Positions 7,707-10,154 of a stretch of DNA of 10,154 nt are shown piece by piece. The stretch is from a virus (taxonomy: Duplodnaviria > Heunggongvirae > Uroviricota > Caudoviricetes). The notes beneath the pieces are model-generated. The model was given only the letters and a program-made list of their open reading frames with translations. It searched no databases and had not been told where the DNA came from. The stretch lies in the IMG/VR virus record IMGVR_UViG_2654587726_000009; one strand, written 5' to 3'. The translations under genes and the position numbers were made by a program. The first letter of the stretch is position 1. The number at the start of each line of letters is the position of its first letter.

Positions 7707-8188
7707 CAGTCTCTCGCTTTTAAAAGCTCCGCCAGCGGATCAACATCATCCGGTCCGGCGATATTTACTTTAGCCCGGCTTGCCGGTGACATACCAAACT
7801 CTGCAAGCATTGCCCGGATCCGCTTCCAGGCATCCGCTTTCATTGCCGCCGCGGGGTGCGCCTTAATCAGTACATCACCGCTCTGCGTTTCCGTGCGGTA
7901 GGTATACCCCTCAACATCGAGTGTTTCGCAGTGATGCCGATATTCGGTGTAGGCTTCCACCAGCAACTCGAGCGCACGCGCATCAAGCTGAGAAATGATC
8001 CCTTCCGCATTCAGCTCTTCCGCCATTCGCCTGAACCAGTACTTCCCCTGAGCCCCTAAATGCTGCGGAATTTTAGGAAGACCTTTTTCATCCTTTTTAG
8101 CGGTTTTTTTGTGGTCTTTAACGGGGCGCTTTGAGGGGTTGCCTCGAATCAAATGCAGGCGTGGCGGGGTTTTCGGAGGTCCTGACAT
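7706..8188 (-). CDS. Terminase small subunit, P27 family
   Basis: 160-aa basic ORF (MSGPPKTPPRLHLIRGNPSKRPVKDHKK...) directly upstream of and overlapping the large terminase, downstream of the HNH gene and the cos-like non-coding segment. Resembles P27/HK97 gp1-type small terminases as I recall them. Confidence 0.8.
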   Translation of the reverse strand: MSGPPKTPPRLHLIRGNPSKRPVKDHKKTAKKDEKGLPKIPQHLGAQGKYWFRRMAEELNAEGIISQLDARALELLVEAYTEYRHHCETLDVEGYTYRTETQSGDVLIKAHPAAAMKADAWKRIRAMLAEFGMSPASRAKVNIAGPDDVDPLAELLKARD

Positions 8189-8336
8189 AATCGGTCTTAC
8201 CTATCAATCGTTTGTTCACATTTCCAAAAAAAAGTTTTCGAACCTGCGGCGATGTGAGGAAGGGTCAGGCGGCGGTACTGAGCAGTCAGGGTTGCAGAGA
8301 TTTGCCCCGCCCCTCCCCTGCAGCTGAGAACGATTA
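8189..8336. other. Non-coding segment between HNH and TerS; probable cos / packaging-initiation region
   Basis: The only intergenic gap longer than 50 bp in the window (148 bp). On the phage strand it contains a G-rich tract (GGGGAGGGGCGGGGC), a direct CCTGAC repeat about 24 bp apart, and an oligo-T/A tract (CTTTTTTTTGG). In HK97-like phages cos lies between the HNH gene and the small terminase gene. The exact cosN position is not determinable here. Confidence 0.35.
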
Positions 8337-8687
8337 TCAGTTGATGCGTTCGCGCGCAGTTTTTGCTTTATGGCAGGGCCAGCACAGACTCTGCAGGTTA
8401 CTGTCTGCATCCGTGCCACCATGAGCTTTCGGAATGATGTGGTCCACAGTTCTGGCTTCAACGGCTCTCCCATTGCGCAGGCAGTTCTGACACAGATGAT
8501 TATCACGCTTCAGTATGCGCGCACGTATGGCATCCCATTTCGAGCCATAGCCACGCTGGTGGCGACTCAGTCCGCGCTGATGCTGTACCCATCCTTCGCC
8601 ACGATGTTTATCGCAGTAACCAGAACTGTCTGTGGTTGTACCTGCGCATCCACGCTTACGGCAGGCTCGTGGGATTCGTGATGGCAT
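8337..8687 (-). CDS. HNH endonuclease (terminase-associated, HK97 gp74-like)
   Basis: 116-aa ORF with paired Cys motifs (CQNC ... CWPCH) and DHIIPKAHGGTDADSNLQSLCWPCH, a classic HNH/zinc-finger nuclease signature. SD GAGGT precedes ATG 8687..8685. Location just upstream of cos and TerS matches the HK97-type packaging arrangement. Confidence 0.85.
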   Translation of the reverse strand: MPSRIPRACRKRGCAGTTTDSSGYCDKHRGEGWVQHQRGLSRHQRGYGSKWDAIRARILKRDNHLCQNCLRNGRAVEARTVDHIIPKAHGGTDADSNLQSLCWPCHKAKTARERIN

Positions 8688-8694
8688 AAATACC

Positions 8695-8895
8695 TCATAC
8701 CCTGTTCAGTTTAATGACAGGCTGATTCTCGATATGTTCTGCTGTCAGTCTGAAAGTCACAGTGACTGTTGGTGGCTCGCCTCCGCGTGACTCTGTCCTG
8801 GCGGAAAGCTGTCCTTCCAGTAACTCACCATTAACTGCAATCCCATACCCTGCGAAATGTTTACCACGATAAAGTTTTGCCAGTTGGTAATTCAT
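8695..8895 (-). CDS. Small hypothetical protein B (about 66 aa), paralogue of adjacent ORF A
   Basis: The ORF track begins this frame at 8928, but that codon is GTG with no SD. The in-frame ATG at 8895..8893 has a strong SD (AGGAGGA, 9-nt spacer), giving MNYQLAKLYRGKHFAGYGIAVNGELLEGQLSARTESRGGEPPTVTVTFRLTAEHIENQPVIKLNRV. Shares an AKL[FY]xG[RK]...LxEG...S..TE pattern with ORF A. Confidence 0.5.
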   Translation of the reverse strand: MNYQLAKLYRGKHFAGYGIAVNGELLEGQLSARTESRGGEPPTVTVTFRLTAEHIENQPVIKLNRV

Positions 8896-8924
8896 TTGCC
8901 TGCATCCTCCTGCGACAACCCAAT

Positions 8925-9131
8925 TCACCCATGAAGCAATGTGGCCGATACAATCCCGGCATCACACTCAACGGTTATATCTTCATCCGTGGCATCCACT
9001 TCATATATTCGTGAATAACATTCCGTGCATTTACCACTGAATGTACCTTCAGCCAGAACACGACCACGCTGTAAAATCTGGAACGGGATTCTTCCATTAA
9101 AGAGCTTTGCGGTTACCAGTAATTTCTTCAC
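8925..9131 (-). CDS. Small hypothetical protein A (about 68 aa), paralogue of adjacent ORF B
   Basis: The frame is open from 9149, but that codon is TTG and the protein has no ATG at all. An in-frame GTG at 9131..9129 is preceded by a strong SD (AGGAGA, 4-5 nt spacer), giving (M)KKLLVTAKLFNGRIPFQILQRGRVLAEGTFSGKCTECYSRIYEVDATDEDITVECDAGIVSATLLHG. Start assignment is tentative. Confidence 0.45.
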   Translation of the reverse strand: MKKLLVTAKLFNGRIPFQILQRGRVLAEGTFSGKCTECYSRIYEVDATDEDITVECDAGIVSATLLHG

Positions 9132-9154
9132 ACATTCTCCTGACAACAAAAAGG

Positions 9155-9619
9155 CTACTTAATGCACTGGGTGCGGATATATTCCTGTGCCCCTTCCAGT
9201 TGCTTCTGCATCGTCATCAACCGTTCTCTGAGGGTGAAATAATCCCGTTCAGCGGTGTCTGCCAGTCGGGGGGAGGCTGCATTATCCACGCCGGAGGCGG
9301 TGGTGGCTTCACGCACTGACTGACAGACTGCTTTGATGTGCAACCGACGACGACCAGCGGCAACATCATCACGCAGAACATCATTTTCAGCTTTCGCATC
9401 AGCTAACTCCTTCGTGTATTTTGCATCGAGCGCAGCAACATCACGCTGACGCATCTGCATGTCAGTAATGGTGGCGGTCGCCTTCTCCAGTTCACTGGCC
9501 TTGTTATCGCGCTGTTCTTTGTAGGCGATTGCATTATCACGGTAATGATTAACAGCCCATGACAGGCAGACGATGATGCAGATAACCAGAGCGGAGATAA
9601 TCGCGGTGACTCTGCTCAT
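9155..9619 (-). CDS. Rz: Rz inner-membrane spanin (i-spanin)
   Basis: 154-aa ORF starting [31 protein letters not shown]..., very close to lambda Rz as I recall it: N-terminal TM helix then a coiled-coil periplasmic domain. ATG overlaps the R stop (ATGA at 9616-9619). Confidence 0.9.
   Translation of the reverse strand: MSRVTAIISALVICIIVCLSWAVNHYRDNAIAYKEQRDNKASELEKATATITDMQMRQRDVAALDAKYTKELADAKAENDVLRDDVAAGRRRLHIKAVCQSVREATTASGVDNAASPRLADTAERDYFTLRERLMTMQKQLEGAQEYIRTQCIK
9217..9399 (-). CDS. Rz1: Rz1 outer-membrane lipoprotein spanin (o-spanin), nested within Rz in an alternate frame
   Basis: 60-aa [63 protein letters not shown] with lipobox LVVVGC and a proline-rich mature region, wholly embedded in Rz; nearly identical to lambda Rz1 as recalled. 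Confidence 0.85.
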   Translation of the reverse strand: MRKLKMMFCVMMLPLVVVGCTSKQSVSQCVKPPPPPAWIMQPPPDWQTPLNGIISPSENG

Positions 9620-10092
9620 ACCTCAATCTCTCTGACCGTTCCGCCAGCTTCTTTGAATTTTGCAATCAGGCTGTCAACCTTATGCTCGAACTGACCGTAA
9701 CCAGCCCCCGGCAGTGAAGCCCAGATATTGCTGCAACGGTCGATAGCCTGACGAATATCACCGCGATCAATCATCGGTAAAGCGCCACGCTCTTTAATCT
9801 GCTGTAGTGCAACAGCGTCCTGGCTTTTCGGAGAGAAGTCTTTCAGCCCAAGCTGCTTGCGGTAGGCATCCCACCAACGGGAAAGAAGCTGGTAGCGTCC
9901 GGCTGCTGTTGATTTGAGTTTTGGGTTTAGCGTGACAAGTTTGCGAGGATGATCGGAGTAATCAGTAAACAGTTCACCACCAACAATAACATCATAACCG
10001 TGGTTACGTGTCGGTTGTCGCCCGTTATCCGTTCCTTCTGACCAAGCCACCATATCAAGGAAAGCTTTACGCTGGGAATTTAGTACCTGCAT
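9616..10092 (-). CDS. R: Endolysin, lambda R-type lytic transglycosylase
   Basis: 158-aa ORF ...[80 protein letters not shown]..., near-identical to lambda R as I recall it, including the catalytic Glu in AWSEGTD. SD AAGGAG precedes the ATG. Confidence 0.92.
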   Translation of the reverse strand: MQVLNSQRKAFLDMVAWSEGTDNGRQPTRNHGYDVIVGGELFTDYSDHPRKLVTLNPKLKSTAAGRYQLLSRWWDAYRKQLGLKDFSPKSQDAVALQQIKERGALPMIDRGDIRQAIDRCSNIWASLPGAGYGQFEHKVDSLIAKFKEAGGTVREIEV

Positions 10093-10095
10093 AAA

Positions 10096-10154
10096 TTACT
10101 CCTTAGAGCCACCAAACTTATTACCGATTACTCTCATTGCAGCCCCACGAATAG
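10096..10154 (-). CDS. Holin, C-terminal fragment only (gene begins beyond window end)
   Basis: Minus-strand frame open from the window edge to TAA at 10098..10096, reading ...IRGAAMRVIGNKFGGSKE, ending 3 nt before the R start. Assignment rests on position (holin precedes endolysin in lambdoid lysis cassettes), not on recognised sequence. Confidence 0.4.
   Translation of the reverse strand, partial: IRGAAMRVIGNKFGGSKE

Larger units (their letters stand above)
1..10154 (-). mobile_element. Prophage late region (lysis, DNA packaging, head and neck, start of tail), HK97-like head module with P27-family small terminase
   Basis: Uninterrupted co-directional minus-strand gene string in canonical phage order (R, Rz/Rz1, HNH, TerS, TerL, portal, protease, capsid, connector, tail), mostly joined by stop/start overlaps. 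Prophage versus free phage genome cannot be decided from this window. Confidence 0.85.

Noticed and set aside
8189-8336. Lambda-type cosN sequence
   Set aside because: Only a partial resemblance (a GGCGGCGGTAC-like stretch against lambda GGGCGGCGACCT as recalled); not enough to claim a lambda-type 12-nt cohesive end. HK97-like phages use a different cos, so only a generic cos-region call is made.
8109-8681. Plus-strand ORFs 8109..8327, 8212..8424 and 8370..8681, and minus ORF 8216..8506
   Set aside because: They overlap the cos-like segment and/or the HNH gene in antisense or alternate frames. The HNH frame carries the diagnostic CxxC/HNH motifs and the others have no start signals or motifs.
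8895-9149. ORF-track start positions for the two small ORFs (TTG at 9149 and GTG at 8928)
   Set aside because: Neither has an upstream SD. In-frame GTG at 9131 and ATG at 8895 each have strong SD sequences and give two proteins that begin at equivalent positions, so those starts were preferred, with uncertainty noted.
1-10154. CRISPR arrays, tRNA/rRNA genes, IS elements, integrase or attachment sites
   Set aside because: No regularly spaced direct repeats, cloverleaf-like segments or transposase/integrase-like ORFs were seen by eye; the window is interior to the phage late region. A proper tRNA or repeat scan was not possible here.

Overview
The whole window reads as one co-directional late operon of a lambdoid/HK97-like prophage, with every gene on the minus strand. 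In transcription order (high to low coordinates): holin C-terminal fragment, lambda-like endolysin R, the nested spanin pair Rz/Rz1, two small paralogous ORFs of unknown function, an HNH endonuclease, a non-coding segment that probably holds cos, P27-family small terminase, large terminase, a 60-aa two-helix membrane microprotein, HK97-family portal, prohead protease, major capsid protein, then head-completion, neck and tail-completion genes and the 5' part of a major tail (sheath-like) gene that runs off the window. Most junctions are stop/start overlaps, indicating translational coupling. No tRNA, rRNA, CRISPR array, IS element or integrase was recognised. The most interesting unexplained content is the paralogous small-ORF pair between lysis and packaging genes and the membrane microprotein between terminase and portal. 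All homology statements are from reading the translations and recalling family signatures; no database search was run.
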